Shown piece after piece: positions 39,301 to 50,889 of a stretch of DNA of 64,000 nucleotides (positions are counted from its first letter, which is position 1; every line of letters starts with the position of its first letter). The position numbers were made by a program, and so were the translations under genes. The stretch lies in assembly GCF_947568905.1 (NCBI RefSeq), contig NC_079164.1, positions 51,336,001 through 51,400,000 on the forward strand. The letters run 5' to 3'. The DNA comes from Ostrea edulis. Its lineage: Eukaryota. The notes under the pieces were generated by a model, which saw nothing but the letters and a program-made list of their open reading frames with translations, was not told the DNA's origin and searched no databases.

Positions 39301-42300
39301 TTTCAAGGCTAGCTTCCAATGATGATCTCCATGGATATCCTATCAAAAATTCAGTTAACATTAATTATCACTGGAGAAAAAAACCCAATTCAACTTATGA
39401 ATAATATCATATTGTACACTACCATAAGTTGTTACATTCACAATAAACAATGAAATACCAGTAATTCTATCAGGTAGCAGTACCTTGATGTTGGTAGCTA
39501 TTTCTCCAAAATCCCCGGGTAAGTGATGCCACCTGACAGTGCCGTCTGCCGCACTTACAGCAAAAGAGCTGAAGTGACTCAGTGTATTGTCATCAGTAGA
39601 ATTTCCATGTTTTTCCTCCATCTTACTCCCACTGTAACGACAAAGCACGTGCAAATTACAAACGAAAACGAAGTTACATGTAATACTGTAATCATGTGTT
39701 AAAACGTTGACATCTCATGATACTGTAGACTCACTTTTATTTGTGCATCACCGATGGTAAAAGCTTTTACATCAAGTAGTAATTGCAAGAGATCCTGCAC
39801 ATACATGTATCAACATCTAGTTTGAAATGATTAATTATCAAGAAAAAGCGACACATGTACTTGTAAATAGCTTAGCATGAATATCTTTGGAATCCTTATT
39901 ACAAATAGAAACGTGATACATTTTTGGTATAAAGAATGTTTTTATACTAAATTAAACATGCTCTTGCATGATATAAGGAATAAATGTCTAATTTGTTTAT
40001 ATCATGGAAGTATATACATACTGAAAGTAAGATGTAATTCACATAATCGGATTTGCCAATTATGCAGAAATCGCCCCATGCTAACTTGCATAATACAACC
40101 AACCTAGACATCTATTCCTTATACAGTGTATTTATATTTTGTACTATATATGCTTTATGTCAATCTGAAAGGTCAGTGCTTTTACAGAAAAATGAAATAG
40201 CATAGATTTATTACTGACAAACTTTGGTAAATGTATGCATCTTATATATCAGTTGTTAATTGCCTTGCAAGACTCACAAAACTTAAAATTTCTGTGGCAC
40301 CAATACAAAATTGGGTACAGGTGATGTAACACATTGTGATGCTCTACACAGGTATTTGTGATCACTCTGGTATTGAGGCATCATCCAGGATGCCATGTGA
40401 ATGCCATCATAAGAGAAGGTATCTGAAAATTTTTCATGTAATATGTGTTGCCCAATAGTAACGAATTCTTACTTTTTGGTTGCTGCACCATTTGGTAGGC
40501 GTAGTAACAAATTTTTACTTTTCATGTGCGCCATTTAGTGAGGTGTGCAGTAGTAACAAATTCTTACTTTTTGGGTGCACCATTTGGTGAGGTGCCCAGT
40601 AGTAACAAATTCTTACTTTTCGGGTGCGGCATTTGGTGAGGTGCCCAGTAGTAACAAATTCTTACTTTTCGGGTGCGGCATTTGGTGAGGTGTGCAGTAG
40701 GTGGGTAAAGCTTCCACCCACAATAACCAGTCCCGTGTCTTTCTTCTTCACATTGTGGGCTGTAATCAGAATCCCCATGGCTTTAATCGTATATGTCTCC
40801 CTTACACGACTAACATCCATCAGTCTTTTGTGCCACAGTAACTCCAGTTTGTGGTTGTAGCACACAACCTGCCAATCATCTGTTACAACCACAACAATCT
40901 GGAAAAAAAAAACCCAACAAATTCTTCATTTATACTATTTTTGATTGCCAACTTACAAAACCACGATCTCTTATTGCCTGCTGCACTGAACTTTCATTCA
41001 AGTTTAGTCCTTTTTAATTCCCATTCTTCTCACCTGTTTTCTTATCTGCATCATCGAACTATAAGGAACAGTAAACCCCGTTTCCATAGCAACTGGTCGA
41101 TTGACCTCTGAGACATTAATTGGTAAGACGGCTTTCTGTTTAATGACAATGTGAGGAAGTGTATCATCATCGTCAGTTTCTCTGACTGGGTCAGGTAAAG
41201 CCAGGACATTTAACCTGTAGGAAACAAGCAAACTACTTTTAGGAATAGTTAGTAAATAAAGAAAATGTTACACTAGAGTTACCCAATTAATTGCTTTAAC
41301 ACTGAAAAGAATGTCTTTACATGAACATCCCCCCCCCCCCCCCCCCCCCACACACACACAAAAATTACACAGGTTGTTCAAGTAACTCTACCCCATGTAA
41401 TATAGGTTATCTATATTACAAAAATTTTGTTAACTTAATTATCTTACTTAAAGTCATGAGTGATCAGCAGAATTTCATTTGTTCCATCGCCATCCAGGTC
41501 AGTAATTATAGGTGAAGGGAGACGATCCTCAAGTGTTGGGAATATCCTGTACATAAAATTGAGGAGGAATAACTAGCATTTCTTTTGCTGATTGTGTAAA
41601 TGCTTTAACATCTATATCATTGTACAATGTGAAAATTTTAGACACTGTAGTATCGTCATTATAATTTTAAACTAAACAAAGTTAAAAATCTTTAAATTCA
41701 ATTTTCTTGTATATGAAGACCAATGCCCCTATTCCCTTACTCTTTATCAGTCTAGCAACTGGTGATGTTGAATTTCAATGTACAAAGTATATCTAATTAT
41801 GCAATTTTCTGTTACTACACATATTAAAAAAACCTCCGAGTTTTTAGGCATGTGATGAACATTTCCACAATTGCAACACAAAAACTACATATATGTCTGC
41901 GGGATTATAATTTTCTATCTTTTTGTGGCTTTGAGAATCCTGTTTCAAGATGATCTTTTATGTCCTTATGTACACAAAATCCGATGAAATTTCATAATAC
42001 ATTTTTAAGTAAGGCATACCTAATGAAAGACAATGATAATCTTTGCTTTTGGAGATCTTTTTACATCTAATTTCTGTTAGGTTCTAATCATTATTGTATA
42101 TTGAGAACTTGGGTTAGCCATAAGGGCTCCAACAGTTTCAGATTTACATATAGATACCCATTGATAAGTTTACTACTACCTAACAAAGGTAAATTAACAG
42201 CAGTCAGTGTCAGTGATCCAAAAAGTAACAAATTGTCAGAACTCAATGAAGAATTCAATCACCATGTGGGAGAAAAAATTACCAATTCTATGGGCCCACA

Positions 42301-42988
42301 AAATTTTTACATACATTTTGCAAGTGGGTTAGACTTAGTTAGTAAAATAATTTTTATATTAAATAATCCCCGAGATATTCTCTTGAAACTGGATCAGTCA
42401 CATATGAAGTGAATTCATGCTGAAATTATCACATACTAGGTATTTGTTTTTATTTATGACATGTATTTCCTTTCATTGCCTTAAATAAAATACATGACTG
42501 ATGCCTTCTAATTTGTCAGAGTGTCGATATTAACTTTCTAATACATATATCAAAATAAAAAGATTTGTAAAACAATTATATTTTAACAGAGATTTTATCT
42601 ATGAAAATTACTAGATCAACCACTGTAAATTTCACATCTTACGTCATAATTTTTTTTATAAAGACATGCAAAAAGGCAAGATAAATAAAAAGAATTTCTA
42701 AATACTTCGATAAGATATCAGTATGTACATGTATATTTATAATTATACACATGTGTATCAAGGTACTGAACAAACAAAGAGCAACAATTACAAATAGATT
42801 TCTATACAAAGAATGAATCTGAATACTAACTTGTTTCTGAAATGATGTGGTTCACTTCTTTTTCTCCATACTGGTTTCAGATTGTACGAGTCACTGGCTC
42901 GGAAAAGGTAAGCGATGACACCACATAGCAACAAAAATATAAAGTGGTTTGGGTTCACCAATTTGAGCTTTTCCCATAGAAAATCCAT
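30326..42988 (-). CDS. FG-GAP-repeat/beta-propeller membrane protein, NERD1 (At3g51050)-like, 677 aa, 11 coding exons
   Basis: Minus-strand exons with consistent phases: 42988-42831, 41546-41448, 41214-41034, 40898-40666, 39631-39484, 39339-39235, 38924-38428, 36189-36051, 35910-35770, 31138-30975, 30494-30326 (2034 nt with stop). It has an N-terminal hydrophobic anchor (FIFLLLCGVIAYLF), FG-GAP-like motifs (PIITDLDGDGTNEILL; YLDIDSDGEIE; PLIVGDFDNDGINDVVV) and a C-terminal TM (IFTALYGLTVFSLIILLNWL). Motif order matches my recollection of Arabidopsis NERD1. Confidence 0.88.
30600..30779 (+). repeat. 45-bp minisatellite in the last intron of the NERD1-like gene
   Basis: Unit AGATACCACACATTTACATTGACCCCCTTACACTCGGTATGTATT, 4 copies. 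Confidence 0.93.
31378..32744. mobile_element. Tc1/pogo-like MITE (TA TSD) containing a nested element
   Basis: TA|CAGTAAAACTC... and ...GAATTTTACTG|TA, with subterminal AAAATTCGCTATA motifs. Confidence 0.7.
31673..32326. mobile_element. MITE with long imperfect TIRs nested in the pogo-like element
   Basis: CAATCTAATTAAAATCAGA at 31673 and TCTGATTTTAATTAGATTG ending at 32326; the imperfect inverted arms extend more than 100 bp (GATCTGACATAA, GGGGTCATGT, CAGCCA.TCAG). Confidence 0.7.
33411..34450 (-). mobile_element. Crypton-like element: decayed tyrosine recombinase plus a 160-bp terminal palindrome
   Basis: Minus-strand peptides RYTAHCLRNTAI (HxxR, 34244-34233), NDYGFELWHNMF and MFMSGHQNEASVRHYN (GH and catalytic Tyr, 34078-34046). 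Near-perfect palindrome 33411-33570 (TAAGGAATGAATTTATTATTTTTT...AAAAAATAATAAATTCATTCCTTA). Confidence 0.72.
37318..37525. mobile_element. 208-bp Tc1/mariner-like MITE
   Basis: TA|CTGTGGAATCATT ... AATGATTCTACAG|TA, with CCACGAA(A)TT subterminal repeats. Confidence 0.8.
40465..40700 (-). repeat. 49-bp minisatellite consisting of the NERD1-like exon-4 end plus its splice donor
   Basis: Plus-strand unit CTTACTTTTCGGGTGCGGCATTTGGTGAGGTG(C/T)(C/G)CAGTAGTAACAAATT, about 5 copies, decaying away from the exon. Confidence 0.9.
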
Positions 42989-44820
42989 TACATAATTTCA
43001 AATCCTTACATCATCTGTTTCTGAAACAAAAAAAGTCAAACCTTTACATCATCCTATCTACAAGTAAAACAAAAAGTTCTCATGAAATCACAGAGACTTG
43101 TCACATATATTCAATAGATCACGACATAACACCAGGAGTTAAGACAACTCCACACGATTCCATTGCTTGTTTTATTCATGCAGTCTTTGCAGAGCATAAA
43201 CATGTACTTTTACATCTACATAAAGATAATCTCAAGTGATTTAAAAGTGATACAAGATAGAAAGAGTACTAACAATGCAAGGATAATCAATATACACATA
43301 ATCGAAAATCATATAATGGTATGTGTCAGCACCTTGTGGGAAGGATAAAAAAAAGAGTACTAATAAAGCTAGGATAATCAAACCTGGTAAACATGTTTCC
43401 CATTGTGAGAGGAAGATGTCTACTACGGTATTATATTTCAATGTCAAAGTCATACATTTATGAGTAATCATAATGGAATAGTAATAATAAGGTTAGGATC
43501 ATCAAAATTGGTATGTTTCCAGCAGTGTTGGTGCCAAGTATATTTTGAAAAGTAATAATTTTGCTTCTCAAGTTATACTTTATTGATGTTTAACACAGCC
43601 ATCTTATCATTTTATTAATACTCTTTGTCTCCCTCAAATTTTACCACAACTCTTAAATAATATGAAATATCTTATTTTGTAATTACAACTTAGTAATTTG
43701 TATTTGAATTTAATACTAGGATGTATTACATCAACATTTTTAACATAAACCTATTCATAAGTTAATTTAAAAAATAAGAAGAGATATGTCTAAACTATGA
43801 AATATAGTGTTGTAAGACCTGTTCTATCAACATGATCAATGATTATGTACCTCAGTGGTACTTAACTGAAAAGTCATTGAATCACCAGTTCAATTCCAGT
43901 TGTGTCTATTGTATCTTGAAAATCTCTCCTACATCATGGGAGAAAGTAATTAAATGTACAACAGAAATATATGACCATTGAGAAAAATTGCTAAGGTTAT
44001 CTTATTCGGTTAATTTGAATTAATTCAAATGATTGGTATTTCAAATTGAAGCTTTAAATTACCTTTCAGAGCAAAAAATCCCTCAAAACTTAATCTAGTG
44101 TTTCAAAATTTGATAAATGGCCTTCAGCAGGCACTTAATCACCACATTTCAATTTCCACAAGTCGACAGACTGTTGTGCAGTGTTTTCAAACCAATGCAG
44201 CAGTTTTATGTGCTAAGAATTATACAAACGTTAGTATAAAGATATATATTAGATAAAGTTAAATTGTGTTTTAACTAAGAACAGTATATAAAGCAAAATA
44301 TCTACATCTTGGTCATAAAATGATATTGACGTAGTCATATATCTGCGCTCATCCTTACAGTGGTATCATCAAAATATTAGAGGGCGAAGCCCTCTCACAG
44401 ACCGAAGGGCCGCGAGAGCGGAGCTCTCCCTATAGGTAACACGTATATATATGTTTAAAAGGAAAATATAGAAAACTAATGAAAAATTAAACTATACCTA
44501 TGGAATTTGAAAATTTTGATCCCAGACCCAATGGCGTCGATTCGAATACTAGCGCGTGGACATGTATTTCTCCATTTTGAATCTTGTGTACCCATGTTCA
44601 CGTCGTTCTGAGATGTTACATAAAATCCATAAAAGCATGTAAATCTTATTTTATTAATCATATATAATCACTCCTCGATTAACGCGATTGTACCATGTCT
44701 CCTATGTTTGTAAATTTGCTAAACACCGATGCTGGATATGACATCATAATGCACTGTTTACATCAGTTGCATTGAGTTTCCCGCGTTCATCGAATAGGCG
44801 GATCAAAATGTCTAACGTTA

Positions 44821-46215
44821 GATTGATTGATTGTTTTGCTGTTTTCTGCCACACTCAACAATTTTTCAGTTCTGTATCTGTATAGGTACGTTGAATCACC
44901 ACTCCTGGCACATGATCAACGGAAATGAGAGAGCGCATGCAAATCTTATTCACGCTGAAGGTTTGATTTAAAGCCTTCTACAGTCTTTGAACACACTTGG
45001 TGGTCACTCAGTTCATTCCAGTCAATGACTGTAGTATGAAGAATGAGTTTCTTCTGATAGGTGTGTTACACGATGGTATATTGAAACAAAGGCTATTGTT
45101 GGTACTATGGATGATGTTCCGTGTTTCAAAGTCAGTAAATTTCTTGGCCTTGATTCGTCGTTTGTTGGTGGCTGCTACCAAGTAAGTATCAGGCGGTATC
45201 GCTGGTACTAGCCCTTCACAACCACCTTGATTAGGAATGTTAGGCGTAATTCTTTCCTTCGTTTTTGTAAAGATGGAAGATCTAAGGTCTTCAGCATGTT
45301 GGTAATGCTCCCTGGGGTCCGGTTCTTATAGTCTCCAGTAATAAAACGAGCTGCTTTCCTTTGTATCTTCTCCATCTTGATGATATCCGATTGAAGGAAG
45401 TGATCCCATATAATAGCCCCTTATTCTAGTGTAGAACGTACTAGGAAGATGTATGCTGTTCTACAAGTAGGTGAAGGGCTGTGGCAAGGATTCTGTCTCA
45501 GAAAGCTTAGTGTGGTACTTGCTTTCTTACATAATTATATTATTTATATGGGTTGTCCATTTAAGGTCTAATGACAACATGACCCCTAAATACAGGTTAG
45601 TCTGTACACTTTTGAGGATGGTTCCGCTTAGCTGGTAAAAGAATGTAGACTTCTGTCGGATACTAAACACATAACATTTAGTGGCATTAAAATGCATCCC
45701 CCACTTTTTTGCCCACTGCTCCAGGTTAGCAAGGTCTTGCTGCATTATTAGGTGGTCTTTGTGTGATGTTATCTCATGGTATAGCAAGCAGTCATCGGCG
45801 AATAAGCGGAAATAGACTGCACTGTATCAGGTAAGTCATTTATATGACAAAGGAATAGGAGAGGGCCTAATACAGTACCCTGGGGTACTCCCAAGTCCAC
45901 CGTGGCTTCTTTTGAGCACTCCCCTTCGACAACTACCCTCATCAGTCGGATACATAGAAATGATTGGATCCACTGGTGTAGGCGGCCTTGTATTCCATAA
46001 GCTTTCAGTTTCTGAAGAAGCTTATGGTGTGGCACGGTGTCAAATGCTTTTATCTGGTGGCACCCAGTTTTTATTAGTGGAAGAGAGAACACAGACACAA
46101 TGTACCTGGGAAGAGACCACCGACCTTCTGGAAGTAAACAGGGAAACTTTCTCACTTACCGGCACGAGCGGGATTCGAACCCACGCCGACCAGAGGTGAG
46201 AGGCCGTATGATTTT
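44821..46215 (-). mobile_element. tRNA-derived SINE split into 46215-46052 (head and core) and 44871-44821 (3' end and tail) by a LINE insertion
   Basis: B-box GGGTTCGAATCCCGCTCGTGCCGG on - near 46190-46160 and core GGTCGGTGGTCTCTTCCCAGGTAC. The two parts join as CCACCAGAT+AACTGAAAAATTGTTGAGTGTGGC, followed by a (CAAT)n tail. Confidence 0.65.
44872..46051 (-). mobile_element. 5'-truncated CR1/L2-type LINE, reverse transcriptase pseudogene
   Basis: KAFDTVPHHKLLQKL, GVPQGTVLGPLLFLCHINDLP, a frameshifted xADD region (TTATTCGCCGATGACTGC), LEQWAKKWGMHFNATKC, YLGVMLS and IQRKAARFI, with internal stops and a short tandem tail TACAGATACAG. Confidence 0.88.
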
Positions 46216-46369
46216 GAACGCGATGCTCTACTTTGATTGAGCTGTCTTCACACGTTAGGTGCTAACTTTGAGATATTTTTTGTCCTGTTATGGATCTAGA
46301 TACTAATGCCAATACTTTTTTGCTTCGCCCTCAAACACGGTCACACCGTAAGACATATTAATACCGCTA

Positions 46370-46865
46370 CATAGAATCACTGAAATTACCACTAATCACC
46401 GAAGAAATGACCAAAATCACCAATAAAGGGGCCGAAATTACCTTAGTGTATGTTCATCTACATACCATCTAGTCACACATCAAATTTCATGAAGATTGAT
46501 AATGATTTGAAGGAATTATGGTCATTAAACCGATTAATGTGAAGCATAAATACAAGTTCTTTCCCATGTTTTAAATATATCGTATTCATGGTATTGATTT
46601 ATACAATAAAGTGTTATAAATAAATGAAATAAAATATTTGTCCTGAATTTAAAATTGCCATTTGGAACTTACTGGCTAGGCCCTATTTATAGTTCGCTAA
46701 CAATAATCGGTTTTATGGAAACAATTCCTTCAAATCGTTACCAATCTTCATGAAATCAGATCAGATGTGTGACTAGATGGTATATAAATTAACATATAAT
46801 GGGGTAATTTCGGTCCCTTTATTGATAATTTCGGTCATTTCTTTGGTAATTTCGGTGATTCTATG
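46370..46865. mobile_element. MITE with about 150-bp TIRs
   Basis: CATAGAATCAC...GAAATTACC...CCATCTAGTCACACATC...TTCATGAAGATTG is mirrored at 46715-46865 (ending GTGATTCTATG). Confidence 0.8.
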
Positions 46866-47018
46866 CACCCTATTAGTACATTATTATGTGTGACAAGTCC
46901 CTGCGGTGCAACATTGACGATGAATTAATCTAATGAATTGTGGGAATTTCGAAGTTAAACGACACTGGTAGAAAGGTCAGTGACTAAATATCACAGGTAA
47001 CTTAACTGGTAACATTAC

Positions 47019-47371
47019 CTTATTTAATGTTTATGTTTGATCTATCACCGTTCTGTCACAATATGCTTTCGGTTTCTCCGAACCGGCAACAAAGCACGTT
47101 GTTAAGTTTTACCAGGGTGTTTCGAGATACAGAGATTAGGCCTAAGTTAAAAGCCACAAAAAAATGTCAGCATACAATCCTACAATTAAAGGATTTTACT
47201 ATAAAAATATTGAAATGGGTTGTTTTTGTTTTTCTTAGAAAATTTAATAACATAAATAGATCGCAATAAATATAACGAACAAGTTATCAAATTTTCAAGA
47301 TGGCAGCTCTCAGGCGGTCTTTGTAGTTTGAGTACAAACAACCTCAGATTAAATCTGTTTTTGTAATCATA
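47019..47371. promoter_or_regulatory. Putative bidirectional promoter and 5' UTR region shared by the NERD1-like gene (-) and NELFCD (+)
   Basis: A minus-strand consensus donor AAG|GTAATG at 47019/47018 could splice to the acceptor TTTTTTTGTTTCAG at 43021, just upstream of the NERD1-like ATG. A YY1-like motif CAAGATGGCAGC lies at 47296-47307, about 70 nt before the NELFCD ATG. TSS positions are not observable from sequence. Confidence 0.55.
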
Positions 47372-50300
47372 ATGGACGATTATGAGGATGATGAGGAGAA
47401 CATGTGGGAAGGTGGACATGATGTAATTCATATTTTTGTTATTTTGGCTTGCTTAACGATTACTCAACAGTTAACTCTGTGTTAGTACAGGTCCAGCACA
47501 CTCTCTAGACTCTTGATTTAGTTATATAGCTTGATTAAGCGATATAGCATTAAGATATATAGCTTTATAATGCTATTTGAAATAGCTTGATTAAGCTAGT
47601 ATAAATTGAATTTCTCATGTGCAGTGTTAAAGCCAAAAGGTTGCATAATTTTTGAATGTGTTTATACTTGTGACAACATTATTCCAATCAGAGTTCATAA
47701 CAATACAACCAGGGTTGTCACTAGCGCAAGAATATGCGTCCTAGACGCAGAAAATTCAATTGGGATGCAAGTTTGTCTGATATGGCGAGTCCCACGGACG
47801 CGTCAGTGACGGTCACAGATAAATCATAATTTTTTTTAGAAGCCCTGATATTGTGTATTAGTTAAAACTCATAGTAGGAAAAAATCTAGGTAAAATGTTA
47901 CGATCTAGTGAACAGAAATAATACCCCACTGAGTTAAGTGTCCCAATCCGACTTTAATATTTGTTTGTTTAGCGTCAGTCAATTAGGTGCGAATTATAAT
48001 ATAAAATTCAAAAGATAATTAGATAACATGCAAAATGAAGAACGTTTTGCCACTGGCAGTTATTTACTCTTTTTTTTTTTTATTTATTTGTTTGTTTTAC
48101 AAATCGGGATCAATTTTAAAATAAAAATGTTTGTCTTCCGGTAGCCATTTTTATTGGAATCGAAAGTAGCGTATAGTTTTTAAACTTGGTAGGTTTTTCA
48201 GATCATCGGCAAACAAAACTAGTACACATCTATTTTATCACAATAATAATTTGATTAAAATGCTTTTCAATATTGAATAGAGTTGTTGTGATGATAGGAG
48301 ATTCGGGGAAATAATTCTGTTGGCGTGGATAATTAGATGTCTGAGGCCAAGTCGCGAATGATTAAAAATAAATCATTAAAATTTATATATTTTGTACTGC
48401 TTCCATTTTAATTGTTTTATATTTAAAAAAAGACTCGTTAGATATTCATGGGACTCATCAAATTTTCATGGGACTCATTAAATTTTCGTGGGACTCAAGC
48501 TACTTATTAACCACGAGTCCAGGACTCGTCTTCAAGAATTTCTAGTGACAACCCTGACTACGTCGTTTTAAGATTTCTCATGAAAAGAGAATTTATTTTG
48601 TGTTGTTAACTATCCACTACCCTGTGTGCATTGAAGCATAGAAAAGGATGGTGACCTTACATTGTGTAAATTGATTGCCAACCCATTATTCTGTTGATTC
48701 TCATTGACTTTTATTCTATTCTGAAAATTGGATAACTGTTGCTCAACAACTTAATATTCCTAAACATTTGACAATTGTGAATCAAAATTCTTCCTAAGGG
48801 ACATAGTTTAAGAATTATTTTTTTGTTTACAATGTGTTGGATGGAATTCAAGGAATGAAATATGTTCATTCAGTGAAATTCGACTTTAATGCTTTTAGAA
48901 ATTGATTTGATAAAAGATTTGAAATAGCTAAATCAAGCTATTTGATATAGCTTTATAAAGCTATATAGCTTAATAAATCTATATAGCTAAATCAAAAGAT
49001 TGTGATCGACTTGTAGTTACTTTAAGTCAGCACTATACACATTCAAACAAACCAATACAAGCTCTGTAGAGCTTTTCAACTGACAGTTGTAGTGTTGTGT
49101 ATATTCCACCCTGACTTTCAGGGGGTAAACAATCTAGAATTTCTGTCGGAGTCCATGATACAAAACAGTACAGTACTATATAGAACTTCAGGAGGTTAAT
49201 TCAGCACTGATACATATATGATTATTCCCATACATTGACAAATATGTGTCTGGAGGGAGAGATCATTCAAATGTGGATTTCAAGGCATGACCAAGATTGT
49301 AACTGTTTACTTCGAAATAAACACAACTCTTTGATTGAATATAATATGAAAAGCTAATAGTAATTATTGTACTGAAGACCATAAAATCACAATGTCTCTA
49401 GTCCTAGGCAAAAGGACTATACTAAGTGCAATGATAGTGGTTTCCATCTGCACTATTCTAGCATTTTTCATTTAATGTGAAATTGAGTAATTTACATGCT
49501 GAAATAGTCTGTTCTAAACAAAAAAAAATTTTCTTTCTAATAGACATATCAACAGATCACAAAAGTTGTGTACCTTGATCACCATCTTGCAATGCAAACT
49601 CAACTTTTCTGATCTTTGCTTTTGTAAGTTTTTGGTCTGTATCTATGGTGTTTTTTTTTGTTGTTGACATGTCTTTGACCTTATGATCTTGACCTTGGTG
49701 TTTGACCCCAATTTTAAAACTTTAGTGTTACAGATAACTTTTGAATATTGAATGATAGGACTTCTCATATTTCATATATATGCATTCCTTTTGAAAAAAA
49801 ACTTTTAACCTTCACCCTGGAGTTTGACCTGCTTTTAAGAAAACCTAACTGATCAAATATATCTTACTATTTAAGAGAAATTTTATCAATCAGTTCATTT
49901 ATATCTGTTATTCATTGTAATAAAGCCATGTCCAAGTTTCCTCCCATGATATGAGATATTCCTGGTTTCTCTTCATTTTGTCATACATCGATTATTGTTA
50001 TTATTGCAGTCGGAGTCCTTTCTTTTCTCGCTAAATGTTACAAACTTTTCGATACTCCAATTCAATTCATCAATGCATTGCACGTTCGACTTGACATTGC
50101 ATATAAGTAGACTGGGCACTTGCAATAAATTTCAACTTTGCTGTAAATTTTTAAAGCGTTTTAGTGATCCATGTCATTTCTCACTGGAGTATCTGTATTT
50201 CTATTAAATGTTGACCTACTTTTTGTTTATTCATGATCGAAATTATCAACACATTTACATTATAAGTATTCAATATACATGTATAAGGAAAGAATAATGA

Positions 50301-50856
50301 ACAATTTTGAATGCTTTAAAGCATAAGAAATGTTTATTGTTAAAGGATTATGAAAGTGAAGTGGATCAAATTTGCATCTTTAGAAGCTGATCTTTTTGCA
50401 CTAAAGACTTTTTTGTAGAGTTATCTGCCCTTTGTAAAAATAAGAAAAATATAAGTTTCTAAAAATGTGTGTGGTAAATGATTAATTTTATTTCATATTA
50501 AGAGAAATTGTATGTAACTTTTTACCAAGAAATTTGTATGAAAATTTAATTTCTTTTAAAAACATTTTGATAAAACATGCTCTTATCATAAACTTCAATG
50601 TAAAATTCTAGGTGAAATAAATCAAGCAGAAATCCAAGTTTTGAAAATTCGTACTCTTTTTATTTGATTAACCCTTCAAAATGATACCATGATTCCCACC
50701 ATCCATTTACTAGATGTGAAAAATGGTCATTATACATTTGCATTGAATACTTTAAGTTAATATTATTATCTTATTTTGAGCCGAGGCTCAAGTGAGCTTT
50801 GTTGATCAAAACTTTACATTGTCTGTTGTTGGTGTCGTAACCTTTTCACATTTTCA

Positions 50857-50889
<33 letters not shown>

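Noticed and set aside
46140-46215. tRNA gene
   Set aside because: It has a B-box only and continues into a SINE body; no complete cloverleaf is visible.
49020-49400. Coding-like minus-strand stretch in NELFCD intron 1
   Set aside because: Multiple stops and no motif I can assign; it would need TBLASTX.
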